Shown here: positions 45,826-56,182 of the stretch, piece by piece
Layout of the letters: each line of letters opens with the position of its first letter
How positions within the stretch are numbered: position 1 is the first letter of the stretch
IMG/VR virus record: IMGVR_UViG_3300034777_000432
Direction: 5' to 3' (one strand)
Length of the DNA stretch: 64,000 nucleotides
DNA from: an uncultured virus (IMG/VR IMGVR_UViG_3300034777_000432)
Taxonomy: Duplodnaviria > Heunggongvirae > Uroviricota > Caudoviricetes
Translations under genes and position numbers: made by a program
The notes under the pieces: model-generated
Database searches by the model: none
What the model saw: only the letters and a program-made list of their open reading frames with translations
Told to the model about the DNA's origin: nothing

Positions 45826-45948
45826 ATGAACAGAGTAATTTCCTATATTAAGGAATGTGACGGCCACTTTTGTGATATGGTAGCTCAAACAGCATTAACA
45901 GTTATTACCCTTGGAGTAATGATATTATGCGTAAGCTCTATAGCATAA
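45826..45948 (+). CDS. Small membrane peptide (40 aa)
   Basis: AAGGAGG upstream; C-terminal TM. Confidence 0.45.
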   Translation: MNRVISYIKECDGHFCDMVAQTALTVITLGVMILCVSSIA

Positions 45949-45966
45949 GTTGATAACGAACATAGG

Positions 45967-45997
45967 AACGGGGATAATTTATTATCTCCGTTTTTTT
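45967..45997. terminator. Intrinsic terminator between convergent operons
   Basis: AACGGGGATAA/TTATCTCCGTT hairpin plus T-run. Confidence 0.75.
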
Positions 45998-48095
45998 ATG
46001 CGATTGCGCCAGTCAGCCCGTATACTCTTAACGATGTTCCATCTCCGCTGCCACCGCCAGCATTATAACTCACCTGAGTAACATCACTTCCGCCTTGTTG
46101 CATCATAACAGGTGCAATATTTGGAGCATTATTATTAACTACGTTTACTCCACCAGAACCAATTGCACCAGCGGCACCTAACATTGCTACTTGTTCATTT
46201 AATTTTACATTAGCACGGCCTTGGCCCATAAGCCCCTGTTCTTGGAGTTGTATTTCGTTTGGTGTATATCCGCCAGGACCTTGAGAACTGCCTGCCGCCG
46301 CCTCAGCATCTTTTAACTGCTGAACTGTTCTTCTTGTTTTATTTACTCCTGATCTATCACCACGGTTAGTTCCTTGTTTAAATACCTTTGGTGTACCGTC
46401 TTTATTATGTGTTTTGCCATATTTTTTATCCCATCTTATACGAGCAGCTCGACCACCGTGGCCTCCACCAGTAGGCATTGGAGGTGCATTTTCTCCAGGT
46501 GCTACAATATTGTCTAATGTATCAATATCCTTAGGTTTTGGATCTTCAGCAAATGCCCATTTTGCAACAATCTCTCCAAGATAACCACCCATAAACGCGC
46601 CTAAGATACCGCCTCCAATGCCGCCAATAAGTGTACCCCAGCCTGTTAAAGGAGGTATTGAACCCATAGCCGCACCAAGTGCAGCTCCACCTAAACCACC
46701 AACTATGTTACCAATTATTGGACCCATTGCTTTAATTTTATCTTCTTTAGTTGGGTAGGTATCGTCATCTTCTAAAATGGTATAAATCTCATACATAAGT
46801 AACACAGCGGCAGCAATTTTAACCATTTTAAATAAGGCTATAAGTCTACCAAACACTTTAGAATATCTTGAATCTAAGCTGTTTTCCATTGCTTTAAGCG
46901 CGTCTGCGTCATTAACAAATTTTCCAGCATTTGGTCCATCTTTGTATACTAATCTACCAGCGGCATTCTTAGTAATTGTACCCTTTCCACCAACATTCTT
47001 ACCAATTGAATCAGTTCTTATTTGAGGTTTTGATACCTGAGTACCTGCAGCAGTGGTTACCATTTTCGGTGTGGTTGAGGGAACTTTTGGACTCGTTATT
47101 GGCGTAACTGAACCTGCGCCGCTTGTGCCAACTCCCTTTGGTATTGTTGGCTGTTTTATATTGGTGGTATTAACTTTTGGACCTGCGTTTGCAGCTTTTA
47201 ATCTAGCTGCTTCAGCTTTTCTTGCTTCTACTTCAAGTGGACCACTGCCTCTTCCACCGCCTACTTGAGTTTTTACTGATCCATCTTTATTTAAATTAAA
47301 TATTCTTTGGAGCCACGTTCGGCCGCCTTGGGCTTTTCTAAACGCTTCCATGTCGGTGCTCATTCTATTTAAACCGTATCTAACAGATGCTGCGCCAAGA
47401 GTAATAAGCGAAATAGCTCCAATTGCTTTTGCTGCAACATCTACCCAAGTCATATCAGCAATCTCACGCATTTTGTCACTTAAATCGGAAATGTTATTGT
47501 TTAATTTAGTAATACTTCCGTCTGGTCCTGTAAGATCTTTAAGCGTTTTATTCATATCTTTTATGGTAGTTTTAATATCATCCATACCATCTAGACTAAA
47601 CTTTTTAAGTTCCTTACCAAAACCACCAAGGCCTTCTTCCATTTCAGTAAATGCGCCGTCGTACTTAGTATCTATGAAACCTTTTAATAGATTGTATCCT
47701 ACAAAGCCTGCGCCAGCTCCTATTGCTAAGTTTTTAAGACTAAGAGTTTTTGCAATTGCATCTCCCATTTTATTAATGGCTGCATTTGTATCTGCTTTTT
47801 TACCACCATCACTATAATCGTCTGTTTGGCGAGCAGTAGGTGTGGGAGGAGTAACTTCATCAAACTGTTCTTGAGTTCTAGCTCTTTCTTGAGCATCATT
47901 AGCAATACCTAATTGCATTTTTAGCATCGAAGTTTGTTCTATTACGTTCGCGTTAATACTTCTGAATAAACTATCAAATTTATCTAGTTTTATATTCATC
48001 GAGCGTATAGAATTAGTCCCAGTATTTCTATTGAGATCTCCTTCGGCTTTTAATCTATCGATTATAGCAATTGTTTCTTGTGACAACTCAGCCAT
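45996..48095 (-). CDS. Tape-measure / baseplate hub gp29-like protein
   Basis: Helical, Gly/Ala-rich GxxxG segment, C-terminal VVNNNAP; position downstream of gp26/gp51. Confidence 0.65.
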   Translation of the reverse strand: MAELSQETIAIIDRLKAEGDLNRNTGTNSIRSMNIKLDKFDSLFRSINANVIEQTSMLKMQLGIANDAQERARTQEQFDEVTPPTPTARQTDDYSDGGKKADTNAAINKMGDAIAKTLSLKNLAIGAGAGFVGYNLLKGFIDTKYDGAFTEMEEGLGGFGKELKKFSLDGMDDIKTTIKDMNKTLKDLTGPDGSITKLNNNISDLSDKMREIADMTWVDVAAKAIGAISLITLGAASVRYGLNRMSTDMEAFRKAQGGRTWLQRIFNLNKDGSVKTQVGGGRGSGPLEVEARKAEAARLKAANAGPKVNTTNIKQPTIPKGVGTSGAGSVTPITSPKVPSTTPKMVTTAAGTQVSKPQIRTDSIGKNVGGKGTITKNAAGRLVYKDGPNAGKFVNDADALKAMENSLDSRYSKVFGRLIALFKMVKIAAAVLLMYEIYTILEDDDTYPTKEDKIKAMGPIIGNIVGGLGGAALGAAMGSIPPLTGWGTLIGGIGGGILGAFMGGYLGEIVAKWAFAEDPKPKDIDTLDNIVAPGENAPPMPTGGGHGGRAARIRWDKKYGKTHNKDGTPKVFKQGTNRGDRSGVNKTRRTVQQLKDAEAAAGSSQGPGGYTPNEIQLQEQGLMGQGRANVKLNEQVAMLGAAGAIGSGGVNVVNNNAPNIAPVMMQQGGSDVTQVSYNAGGGSGDGTSLRVYGLTGAIA

Positions 48096-48105
48096 TTATT
48101 TCTTC

Positions 48106-48270
48106 CTAATTATTTTCGTTTTGCTTAGCAATAAATTCTACGATCATTCCAAAATATAATTCTCTTTCATATGGTAACATATTTTCAATCTCATTTAACG
48201 ACCAATTGTGGTGCTGTGCCATTGCAAAGATGATTTGATAATAGTCACCCAGCGAGGTATGACACAGCAC
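48106..48270 (-). CDS. 51: gp51-like baseplate hub assembly protein (possibly expressed as -1 frameshift fusion to gp26)
   Basis: VLCHTSLGDYYQIIFAMAQHHNWSLNEIENMLPYERELY matches the marine T4-like gp51 pattern; absent from ORF track. Confidence 0.75.
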   Translation of the reverse strand: MLCHTSLGDYYQIIFAMAQHHNWSLNEIENMLPYERELYFGMIVEFIAKQNENN

Positions 48271-48971
48271 TAGATAAAAAAACTGCGCATGCCCTCCACG
48301 ACAAAGGTCTTTTCATTTCCATCAGCATTAGTATATTTCATTTCATGTCTTAACCTAGGGATATTCTCAAAAAATTCTTGAATACCTTGGATAACATCTG
48401 CACCTAAATTATCTACAAAACCTGCGATATCTTCTTCGCTGTAGTCTTTAAAATGCGATACTTCATCTTCAGAGGCTACTTTATCCATACATGCAACCAT
48501 TAAAACATAGTTAACTAAAGGATCTTGAGTATCCATAACTAAAATCTTAGCATATTCATCTATTGATGGATACTTTAAATACAATGTGTATTCATCGTTA
48601 ATCTTAACTTCTGTTCTATTATTATCTGGTGTAGTTAAAGTAACACTTTCAATATCTAATTTTAACTCAACAATTTTATCTGTTTCAGGATCTGTAATCT
48701 GAAATTCAATCATATTATCAACTGATTTAGATCTTAATATTAAAAGAATATATTCTAAATCAAACATTGCAAGTTCTTCAACTTTTTTATCAACTAAACA
48801 ATTATTAACAACTTGTTTAACTGCCATTAGTTCTTGCTGAGCGTCATTTGATTCTTGCGCCACTAGCAATATTTTTTCTTCCTTAACAGTAAAAGGCCTG
48901 TATTTAACTGCCTCTCCTGTTGAAGGTAATTCCAATTCAAAAATCGGTAATTCGATTTTAGGTAAAGCCAT
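48270..48971 (-). CDS. 26: Baseplate hub assembly chaperone gp26
   Basis: MALPKI, YRPFTVKEEKILL, FDLEY...LRSKSV, LKYP, EGMRSFF. Confidence 0.9.
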   Translation of the reverse strand: MALPKIELPIFELELPSTGEAVKYRPFTVKEEKILLVAQESNDAQQELMAVKQVVNNCLVDKKVEELAMFDLEYILLILRSKSVDNMIEFQITDPETDKIVELKLDIESVTLTTPDNNRTEVKINDEYTLYLKYPSIDEYAKILVMDTQDPLVNYVLMVACMDKVASEDEVSHFKDYSEEDIAGFVDNLGADVIQGIQEFFENIPRLRHEMKYTNADGNEKTFVVEGMRSFFI

Positions 48972-48985
48972 AATTTATTTCTCCA

Positions 48986-49747
48986 TTAACCAAAAAAGTC
49001 TTTTATTCGACGCACTTTGTTATTTACTCTTGTATATTTGTTTACTGCGTCTTGCACCGATGTTGGTACAAGGTCAGCTCCGATTAATTGACCAACGGCG
49101 CCGATCTGTTGTATTAATCCTAGTAAACCATTTCCTCTACCGAATCTTGCGGTAGGTGATCCAATTCTTTCACCACTAAATTGTATTCTATCATATTGAA
49201 GAGATACTGGTAATACTGAGAATGAATCATTATTTTCCCACGCTAAATCAACATCACCAATCATCATTGGAAATGCATTATCTAATATTACTTCGTAATA
49301 CTGACCTGATTCTTCATAATTAGTAGAGTATTGTCTAATTACTACTCTACATGCGTAGTTGTCTTTATATCCTATTTCAAATGGTAACTTACCATCTACT
49401 TCTGCAAATGAGCCAGCGGCAGTACTTATATTAACTACATTTTGAGCCCACGAGTGGAAAAAGGATAATATTTGATGATCTGAATCAAGCATAAAGATTG
49501 CTTGAACCGGTTCAGTGTTAACACCCAAAGGCATTAATTTACGAAACTGAGCGACCTGATCATTCTGTACTGTATTAAATACAATACCTGGAACGGAGGC
49601 GTTTTTACAAAAGAATATAAGATCTCTTGAACTTGCTCTTGACTTTATGTTTGCTGGTCTTGATATTTGTACTTCGAATAAAGAACCGCGCGATGGACCA
49701 CCGAACCAATCTAATTGCGTTTTAAATTCTGATATGTTAAATGCCAT
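48986..49747 (-). CDS. 54: Tail tube initiator gp54 / gp19-like
   Basis: F.I.EFK, CKNASVPG, FF.SW, L.NAFP..IGDV.LAW. Confidence 0.75.
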   Translation of the reverse strand: MAFNISEFKTQLDWFGGPSRGSLFEVQISRPANIKSRASSRDLIFFCKNASVPGIVFNTVQNDQVAQFRKLMPLGVNTEPVQAIFMLDSDHQILSFFHSWAQNVVNISTAAGSFAEVDGKLPFEIGYKDNYACRVVIRQYSTNYEESGQYYEVILDNAFPMMIGDVDLAWENNDSFSVLPVSLQYDRIQFSGERIGSPTARFGRGNGLLGLIQQIGAVGQLIGADLVPTSVQDAVNKYTRVNNKVRRIKDFFG

Positions 49748-50370
49748 TATCTTCCTCTTACGATTCGTCTAGAATCAGCATATACTTGGGTAGCAGTAGC
49801 ACCAACAAACTGTTGAGTCGGTAAGAACAATGCAATATCCCATTCTGATGGATTGATATATGCTGGTTTAGTTCTTACATGTGCATTCAAATAATGTTTA
49901 ATAGTTGGCTGAAACTCTTTAAATTTTGCCGCACTATTAAGTACTTTATATGACGCAGATAGTCTCGTTGTTTCGTCGAATGCTTTATTTGTTAACACTG
50001 TATACAATTGATCCATTAATTTTGCTCTTAAAATCGGTGGCAAATAATGCATATTGATACCAAGAAACCCACCCTTTGCTTTATTTATTGGAAAAATAAG
50101 CGGAAACCGGTCATAATATGGTAAAGTGTCTTTATGTTTGGGATCATATGCAAATAAGTACATATTTCCCATCATAAACCTAGAATCTTGGCGTCTGCTA
50201 TTATCTTGTCTTAACTCTTTAATGAGTTTATCACCTTTGGATCTATTTCTATTTGTACGAGTTACACCTTTGGCTTGATCTCTATACCACTGTCTAGCTG
50301 CGTCTGTACGCGCTGGTGCTTTACCAGATCGTATTCCTTTAAGGAGTATGTCGTCGAACATTGATGCCAT
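49747..50370 (-). CDS. 2: DNA end protector gp2
   Basis: YDPKHKDTLPYYDRFPL, G.N.HYLPP, KHYL, W..ALFLP. Confidence 0.92.
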   Translation of the reverse strand: MASMFDDILLKGIRSGKAPARTDAARQWYRDQAKGVTRTNRNRSKGDKLIKELRQDNSRRQDSRFMMGNMYLFAYDPKHKDTLPYYDRFPLIFPINKAKGGFLGINMHYLPPILRAKLMDQLYTVLTNKAFDETTRLSASYKVLNSAAKFKEFQPTIKHYLNAHVRTKPAYINPSEWDIALFLPTQQFVGATATQVYADSRRIVRGR

Positions 50371-50834
50371 TATTTGATTCCTAGTTGATCTTCTGTATAT
50401 ATCTGAAAATCCCAGCCGCGTTGATTACAATATGCGCGAGCTGCTTTCCATTTTGCTTCATTAGTACCCCAAGTCTTAACCTCATTTAAATATCTTCTCG
50501 AGACTCGACCTGTTGATGTCTTCTTCTTATTTATGTCAGGTGGCACTGTCTGATATTTAGGTTTAATCTCAATCATTAAAGTCTTTTCGCCACCACCTTT
50601 TGATAATGGTACTTTACTATGTACTATAACATCTGGAAAGTATCTATGACGCTTTCCGTCGATCGGTGAATAATAAGGTACAATCACTTCTTCACTTTGC
50701 CACCATATTACGTCAGGATGTACATCTACATACCGAAAAAATTTGAACTCCCACATAGACCGATAAATAATCTTAGTAGGGTCACCTTTATATTTAGATG
50801 GATTTTTTGGTTTAAACCGTCCACTATAAGCCAC
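50370..50834 (-). CDS. 4: Head completion nuclease gp4
   Basis: GTG start AYSGRFKPKNPSKYKGDP, YRS.WE, WQSEE, RYFPD, EIKP, NEAKW. Confidence 0.92.
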   Translation of the reverse strand: MAYSGRFKPKNPSKYKGDPTKIIYRSMWEFKFFRYVDVHPDVIWWQSEEVIVPYYSPIDGKRHRYFPDVIVHSKVPLSKGGGEKTLMIEIKPKYQTVPPDINKKKTSTGRVSRRYLNEVKTWGTNEAKWKAARAYCNQRGWDFQIYTEDQLGIK

Positions 50835-50852
50835 CGACACCTCACAATTAGT

Positions 50853-50880
50853 TATAAATAGAAATAATAAATTATTTATA
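50853..50880. promoter_or_regulatory. Face-to-face late promoters for the divergent tail operons
   Basis: TATAAATA on + (50853-50860) and on - (50873-50880). Confidence 0.75.
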
Positions 50881-50898
50881 ATCCAAAGGATAGTACAA

Positions 50899-51969
50899 AT
50901 GGCAGAATCAACACGGCCAGAAAAAACAATAGATAACAACGAACGGATGAATGCCTCTCAGTCTCATCTTATTAGATTTCCAGACAAGCCTTTTCCTCAT
51001 AGCATGCTTATGATCTTTGAAGATTATTCTTACGAGGGTTTCAAAGATAAGTTCGGTGAAAGTGTATCTAATACAGGTTCTGGACTTATTGCTGAAAATA
51101 GATCAAGCGGTGTTGGCATACGTAGTACTAATTCTATTGAATTGCCGTTTCCAAAGCAATTACAAGATAGTACTGGTTTGATATATAATAACATGCAGCA
51201 AAATCCTTTAATTGAAGGAATGGTACAAACTGCTATAAAAGCATCTCAAGGAGATGGAGGTTCTATTAAAGAAATTCCAAAGGCGATACAAAATATGGGT
51301 GCAATGGCCGCTTCTGCCACGAGCGGAAGTAGTGGCGCAATAAATAATTTAATAAAAAGTATTACTGAAACATCTACAGCCGATGCAGCAAGTATGACTA
51401 GATTTATGTTATCTAAATTTATTCCAGATAGTTTAGCTGGAGCAGTAAATCTGTCGGTTGGTCAATCATTAAACCCAAGAGAAACAATTTCATTTGAAGG
51501 TGTATCACTTAGAACTCATACTTTTCAATGGGACCTATATCCAGATAATCCAAGAGATTCTCAAAGAATTCAAGATGTTATTAAAGCCTTAAAGTTAAAC
51601 GTATTACCCGAAGCAGTAGATATTGGTACAGGATCTGAAGGTATTAAAAAGGCTTTCTTAAAGTTTCCACGTACATGTAAGATATTTCTTATTGGCGTTG
51701 ATGATACATTTTATATGAAGTTTAAGCCTTGTATGGTTACTTCTATGACTGTTGACTATGCTGCCGGCGGAACATTGGCAGTAATGGCAGGAGGAAGACC
51801 AGCCGGAGTTCAAATATCGTTAAATCTACAAGAACTGCAAATTGAAACAGCTCAAGATTATGGTGCTCCATCATTACAAACTGACGGCGCAGTACTGGAT
51901 GAAGAAGAAGTTGCAATAAACTTTGATCCAAGTCAATATCCCGCGCAAAATAATTCAAGGACTGCATAA
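50899..51969 (+). CDS. 48: Baseplate tail-tube cap gp48
   Basis: IELP.P..L.D, LNP....FEGV.LR.H.F.W.L.P, V.Y, L.LQE. Confidence 0.8.
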   Translation: MAESTRPEKTIDNNERMNASQSHLIRFPDKPFPHSMLMIFEDYSYEGFKDKFGESVSNTGSGLIAENRSSGVGIRSTNSIELPFPKQLQDSTGLIYNNMQQNPLIEGMVQTAIKASQGDGGSIKEIPKAIQNMGAMAASATSGSSGAINNLIKSITETSTADAASMTRFMLSKFIPDSLAGAVNLSVGQSLNPRETISFEGVSLRTHTFQWDLYPDNPRDSQRIQDVIKALKLNVLPEAVDIGTGSEGIKKAFLKFPRTCKIFLIGVDDTFYMKFKPCMVTSMTVDYAAGGTLAVMAGGRPAGVQISLNLQELQIETAQDYGAPSLQTDGAVLDEEEVAINFDPSQYPAQNNSRTA

Positions 51970-52340
51970 TGAAATATTTTTCAAAATTTCCAACAATAAA
52001 TTATGAAGGTGTGCAGGTAAAAGATATTACTCGTAGAAATAGTTTTACGAATTTTGTTACTTCTAATCCTATGCTATATTTACCTTACACAGTTAAAGAA
52101 GGTTATAGAGCAGAAGATGTTGCAAACGCTTATTATGGTTCGCCAGACTATGTTTGGTTAGTTAATATATCAAATAATATTATTGATCCTTATCATCAGT
52201 GGCCAATGGCAGAAGCTGATTTTAACGCGTATTTAGTAGAAAAGTATAGAGAAGAATCTGGTAAAGTCGGTGATGAAGTTGTTGAATGGACAAAAGACGA
52301 TAATGGTGATAACATTATCTATTACTATAAGGTTGTATAA
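51969..52340 (+). CDS. 53: Baseplate wedge gp53, N-terminal part
   Basis: MKYFSKFP, RAEDVA..YYG, W...SNNIIDPY.QWP. Confidence 0.85.
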   Translation: MKYFSKFPTINYEGVQVKDITRRNSFTNFVTSNPMLYLPYTVKEGYRAEDVANAYYGSPDYVWLVNISNNIIDPYHQWPMAEADFNAYLVEKYREESGKVGDEVVEWTKDDNGDNIIYYYKVV

Positions 52341-52343
52341 AAG

Positions 52344-52601
52344 ATGGCAGTAGACATAGTAAAATTAGCGCCAGAATCTTTCCAAACGATTTATTTGCGT
52401 AAAGAAGATCGCATTATTCTACGAACTGAACAAGGTCGTAAGATTATTATTAAACGAATCATTCCTGAAGAGTGGAAAGAATGGAAAGTTTACGATCAAG
52501 AATTGGCCGAAAACGAAAACAAAAAAGAAATATTCCTTATTGATAAAGGTTATCTGCCACTTATCACAAAAGAATTTGCACGGAAAATAAAAGACAGGTA
52601 A
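52344..52601 (+). CDS. gp53 C-terminal-like module
   Basis: YDQELAENENKKEIFLI..YL resembles gp53 C-terminus; same frame as 51969. Confidence 0.6.
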   Translation: MAVDIVKLAPESFQTIYLRKEDRIILRTEQGRKIIIKRIIPEEWKEWKVYDQELAENENKKEIFLIDKGYLPLITKEFARKIKDR

Positions 52602-54053
52602 ATGGACGATTTTAATCCCGGAACAGTCGAAGTAACTCGAGTAGAGCTTATTTCATATGACGGTAATACTAGACGAGATTTATCATCAAACTATGTTTAT
52701 GGGTTTGAGATTAATCAGTCTATGGATGCCGTTGCTTATAGTGGGAGCATTAATATTCTTGATTCTTCTAATGTATTAGAAGGTATGCCCATTAGAGGCG
52801 AAGAAACATTAAACCTTACTTTAGTTGGAATGGATTTTAAGACAGAAGTATTCATTGCTGCACGTGTGCATAGAGTATCTAATATTATGCCAAGGCCAAG
52901 TTCTAATGCTGTAACATATACTATTCATTTTGTTTCAAAGCAGTCATTTAACGCGTCTACCAGAAAAATTCTCACATCTTATCTTAATACTCCAGATGCT
53001 ATGGCGCATGATATGTTTACTAAAGGCTATGCTAAATTAAGACCAGCCGATATTGTAGACCCAAAATTAAAAAAATCTAAAATACCACTTCCTTATGAAA
53101 CTAAAGTTTATGATTTAATTAAAGATGGCAAATCTCAAGACGATCCCGATAGATCTCTTTTTGTTCAGAAAACAAAAAACCAAACGCAACTTATTATTCC
53201 AGATTTAGAACCATCTGAAGCAATGTACTTTGCAGCATCAAGATCATATAATCCTTCAACACCTTCTCAAACATTTAGATTTTTTGAGACAATTGAAGAT
53301 TTCTATTTTTGCACAGACGAATTCTTTATTAAAAGAGCAAATAATTTGTATGCTGAAGATAAACTTAATATTGAAAAATTATTCTATGCGCCAGTTGTAG
53401 ATTTAGATGCTAAAAACGTAGAGGCGCAATTTAATCGAATAGAAGATTTACAAGTTTTATCAAAAGGTATTGATACATCAACTGATTTAACTTCAGGAGC
53501 ATATGTAAATAGAGTTATTCAAGTTGATTTACTTAAAAAGAGATTAACAGATTCAATGTTTGATTTCTCAAAAACATCATATGTTGATATGACTGGTAAG
53601 CCTCGAGAAATAAAAGATAATCCACATACCGAAAAGTTTAGAAAAGATACGTTTAAACAAGAAAACGCAAGAACGTTTATGGTATTTAAAGATTATAATG
53701 GAGACGGTGATAGTCCATCTAATATTAAACATGATCAGCGCTTTGCTGATATTGTACATAACAGAGTTTCTTATTATCACCATCTTCATAATACAAACAT
53801 TATGGCTCAATTAAAAGGTCGATTAGATTTACGACCAGGTCAAATTATAATGTTAGAAATAAAAGCTTTGGACGGTGTTGATTCTGTAATTAGTATGAAC
53901 GATACATTATCAGGCAGATATATGATTAAATCAACAAATCATAAAATGACTGAAGGTACTTTACATACAACTATTAATATTGTTAAGTTTGACCATAGTG
54001 GCCAAGAAGAATTAATTGAAAGTGAAACTGCCGATATTGGAGTAAGTATATAA
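52602..54053 (+). CDS. Baseplate hub gp27-like protein
   Basis: PIRGEE, F.FFET, GRLDLRPG, SGRYMI; located between gp53 and gp5. Confidence 0.7.
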   Translation: MDDFNPGTVEVTRVELISYDGNTRRDLSSNYVYGFEINQSMDAVAYSGSINILDSSNVLEGMPIRGEETLNLTLVGMDFKTEVFIAARVHRVSNIMPRPSSNAVTYTIHFVSKQSFNASTRKILTSYLNTPDAMAHDMFTKGYAKLRPADIVDPKLKKSKIPLPYETKVYDLIKDGKSQDDPDRSLFVQKTKNQTQLIIPDLEPSEAMYFAASRSYNPSTPSQTFRFFETIEDFYFCTDEFFIKRANNLYAEDKLNIEKLFYAPVVDLDAKNVEAQFNRIEDLQVLSKGIDTSTDLTSGAYVNRVIQVDLLKKRLTDSMFDFSKTSYVDMTGKPREIKDNPHTEKFRKDTFKQENARTFMVFKDYNGDGDSPSNIKHDQRFADIVHNRVSYYHHLHNTNIMAQLKGRLDLRPGQIIMLEIKALDGVDSVISMNDTLSGRYMIKSTNHKMTEGTLHTTINIVKFDHSGQEELIESETADIGVSI

Positions 54054-56182
54054 TGCATGAACACGGCGCAGGAATTAGAAATCCACTATTTTTTATTGGT
54101 GTAATCGAAGGAAATGTTGACCAACGATTAGAAGGTAGAGTGAGAGTTCGTGCCTTTGGAGTACACGGAACAGTTGATGAGGTTCCCACAGATATGCTTC
54201 CTTGGGCTATTGTTGCTCAAGGTGGATATGATCCAAACGTAGTTCCTAAGGTTAACTCTTGGGTATATGGAATGTTCTTAGACGGTAGAGATGCCCAACA
54301 ACCAATGATACTTGGGCTTATTCCAACACAAGCAATAGATGAAATTGATCCAAAGAAATTTGGCTGGGGATGGATTCCTCCAAAGGATGGAGATCTTTTA
54401 TCAAAAGGTTCGGGTCCTGAAGACTCAGGTAAACCATCAAATAGCGATTTATCCCGTGGTGAATATATTCAAGATTCATATGTTCTTCAACAAGAAATGG
54501 GTAGAGCAGTTAATGTTCCTATTGGTGGTACTGAATATCAATGGGATGAGCCAGGAGCAGCATACGATACTGAATATCCACATAATAAAGTTATTGAATC
54601 AGGTTCTCATACTATCGAATTAGATGATACTCCTGGAGCAGAAAGAATTATGATCCATCATAAATCTGGTTCCTTTATTCAAATCGATGATCGTGGTACT
54701 ACTACGCAAAAAACTAAAGGCGATCATTATGATGTAATGGATAGAAAACAACATGTCGTTGTTGGCGGTATGAGTACAGTTACTATTTTAGGCAACTCAT
54801 ATGTTTATGTAAAAGGTAATAAGATCGAAGAAGTCGAAGGTGACTTACAAACACAAGTACACGGTAACTATATGTTATCAGTTGGTGGACAAGCAACAAT
54901 TAATGCTTCAGAACAAGCTCAGGTACGTGGAGCGGATGTTAAACTTGACGCAAATGTTGGTACAATGTCTATTAAATCTGCAAAAGAAACAAATATATCT
55001 ACAGGTCTTGTAGGTGGTGGATTCCCTCCAAAGTATGGTGCTATTTCAATTAAGGCAGAAAAAATTCAAGTAGATGCTACAGATAAATTACATTTACGCG
55101 GTAATACACAAGTTAATATTCAAGCAATTGCTGAAATGAACGTAAGTGCATTAGCAATTAATCAGTTAGCAACAACTTGGAACGTAAAATCAGTTGGAAG
55201 CTCGTTTATATCGTCGGGTATTAATACAGACATTGATGCTGGAATAGATTTGGCAATTAACGGTGGAGTACAAACAAACGTTGGTGGACCAGTTGTTAAT
55301 GTTGGTTCTGGTATGGTTAATCTTGCACCACCTATTCCACCAAGACCATCTCTTGCAGCAGCTACTACTGCAGTTATAACACCAAAATTTGCGATACCAC
55401 CGATAATGCAAAAACCATTTATTCCTGGATCAGCAATACCAGAAATTGCTTGGGGAGCAGGCGGCGTTGAAGCTCCAGAGCCTGTTGGTAAAAAGACATC
55501 TATTGGTCCTCGTTATGATATGGGTTCATTAGGTAGTTCAGGTTACTCTGCAAAAACAAGAGGATCTCAATTCCCGGCAAAACCAGTACTTTCTGAAATT
55601 ACTGCGGCAACTCAAACTGCAGCTACGCCACTACTTGATTTTATTGGTAATAAAGAATCAGAAGGCTATGACGATATATCAGGACTTGTTTCAAGATCAT
55701 TATATCCAGCTAAACCTCTTACTAAAATGACTATACAAGAAGTTTTAGATTGGCAAGAAAGCATTGATCAAACTCAACTATCAGAAGCATCAGGTCGTTA
55801 TCAAATTATGGAAGATACTTTACGAGGTTATAATAATGATTCTACCACTGGGCCAGGTAATCCATTATATACAAGAGCTGGTATACCTGCTTCTGATTTA
55901 TTCAGTCCAGAAAATCAAGACAAGATGGCTATTGTTCTTCTTGACCAAAGAGGTTTAAGTAAATTCCTTGATGGTACAATGTCAAGAGAACAATTTGCAA
56001 ATAACCTTGCATCTGAATGGGCATCATTACCGTTGGTAACAGGTCCAAACGCAGGTAAGAGTAAATATGCTGGTGATGAAGCAGGCAATAGATCTCTTAC
56101 TTCAGTACAGCAATTCTTAAATGTACTTGATGAAGTTAAATCGGGTGGAGATAATATTGGCAGTGGAGGGTTGGTAAGATAA
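54053..56182 (+). CDS. 5: Baseplate hub/spike gp5 with C-terminal lysozyme-like domain
   Basis: GRVRVR.FG.H, LPWA, YPHNKV, ELDDTPGAERI, beta-helix repeats; C-terminal KES.GY, ASGRYQ, FSPENQD, EWASLP. Confidence 0.9.
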   Translation: MHEHGAGIRNPLFFIGVIEGNVDQRLEGRVRVRAFGVHGTVDEVPTDMLPWAIVAQGGYDPNVVPKVNSWVYGMFLDGRDAQQPMILGLIPTQAIDEIDPKKFGWGWIPPKDGDLLSKGSGPEDSGKPSNSDLSRGEYIQDSYVLQQEMGRAVNVPIGGTEYQWDEPGAAYDTEYPHNKVIESGSHTIELDDTPGAERIMIHHKSGSFIQIDDRGTTTQKTKGDHYDVMDRKQHVVVGGMSTVTILGNSYVYVKGNKIEEVEGDLQTQVHGNYMLSVGGQATINASEQAQVRGADVKLDANVGTMSIKSAKETNISTGLVGGGFPPKYGAISIKAEKIQVDATDKLHLRGNTQVNIQAIAEMNVSALAINQLATTWNVKSVGSSFISSGINTDIDAGIDLAINGGVQTNVGGPVVNVGSGMVNLAPPIPPRPSLAAATTAVITPKFAIPPIMQKPFIPGSAIPEIAWGAGGVEAPEPVGKKTSIGPRYDMGSLGSSGYSAKTRGSQFPAKPVLSEITAATQTAATPLLDFIGNKESEGYDDISGLVSRSLYPAKPLTKMTIQEVLDWQESIDQTQLSEASGRYQIMEDTLRGYNNDSTTGPGNPLYTRAGIPASDLFSPENQDKMAIVLLDQRGLSKFLDGTMSREQFANNLASEWASLPLVTGPNAGKSKYAGDEAGNRSLTSVQQFLNVLDEVKSGGDNIGSGGLVR

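Noticed and set aside
47053..47817. Plus-strand ORFs inside the tape-measure-like gene, and similar shadow ORFs such as 57054..57542, 45449..45820 and 62778..63110
   Set aside because: Fully nested antisense or alternate-frame ORFs without RBS or motifs
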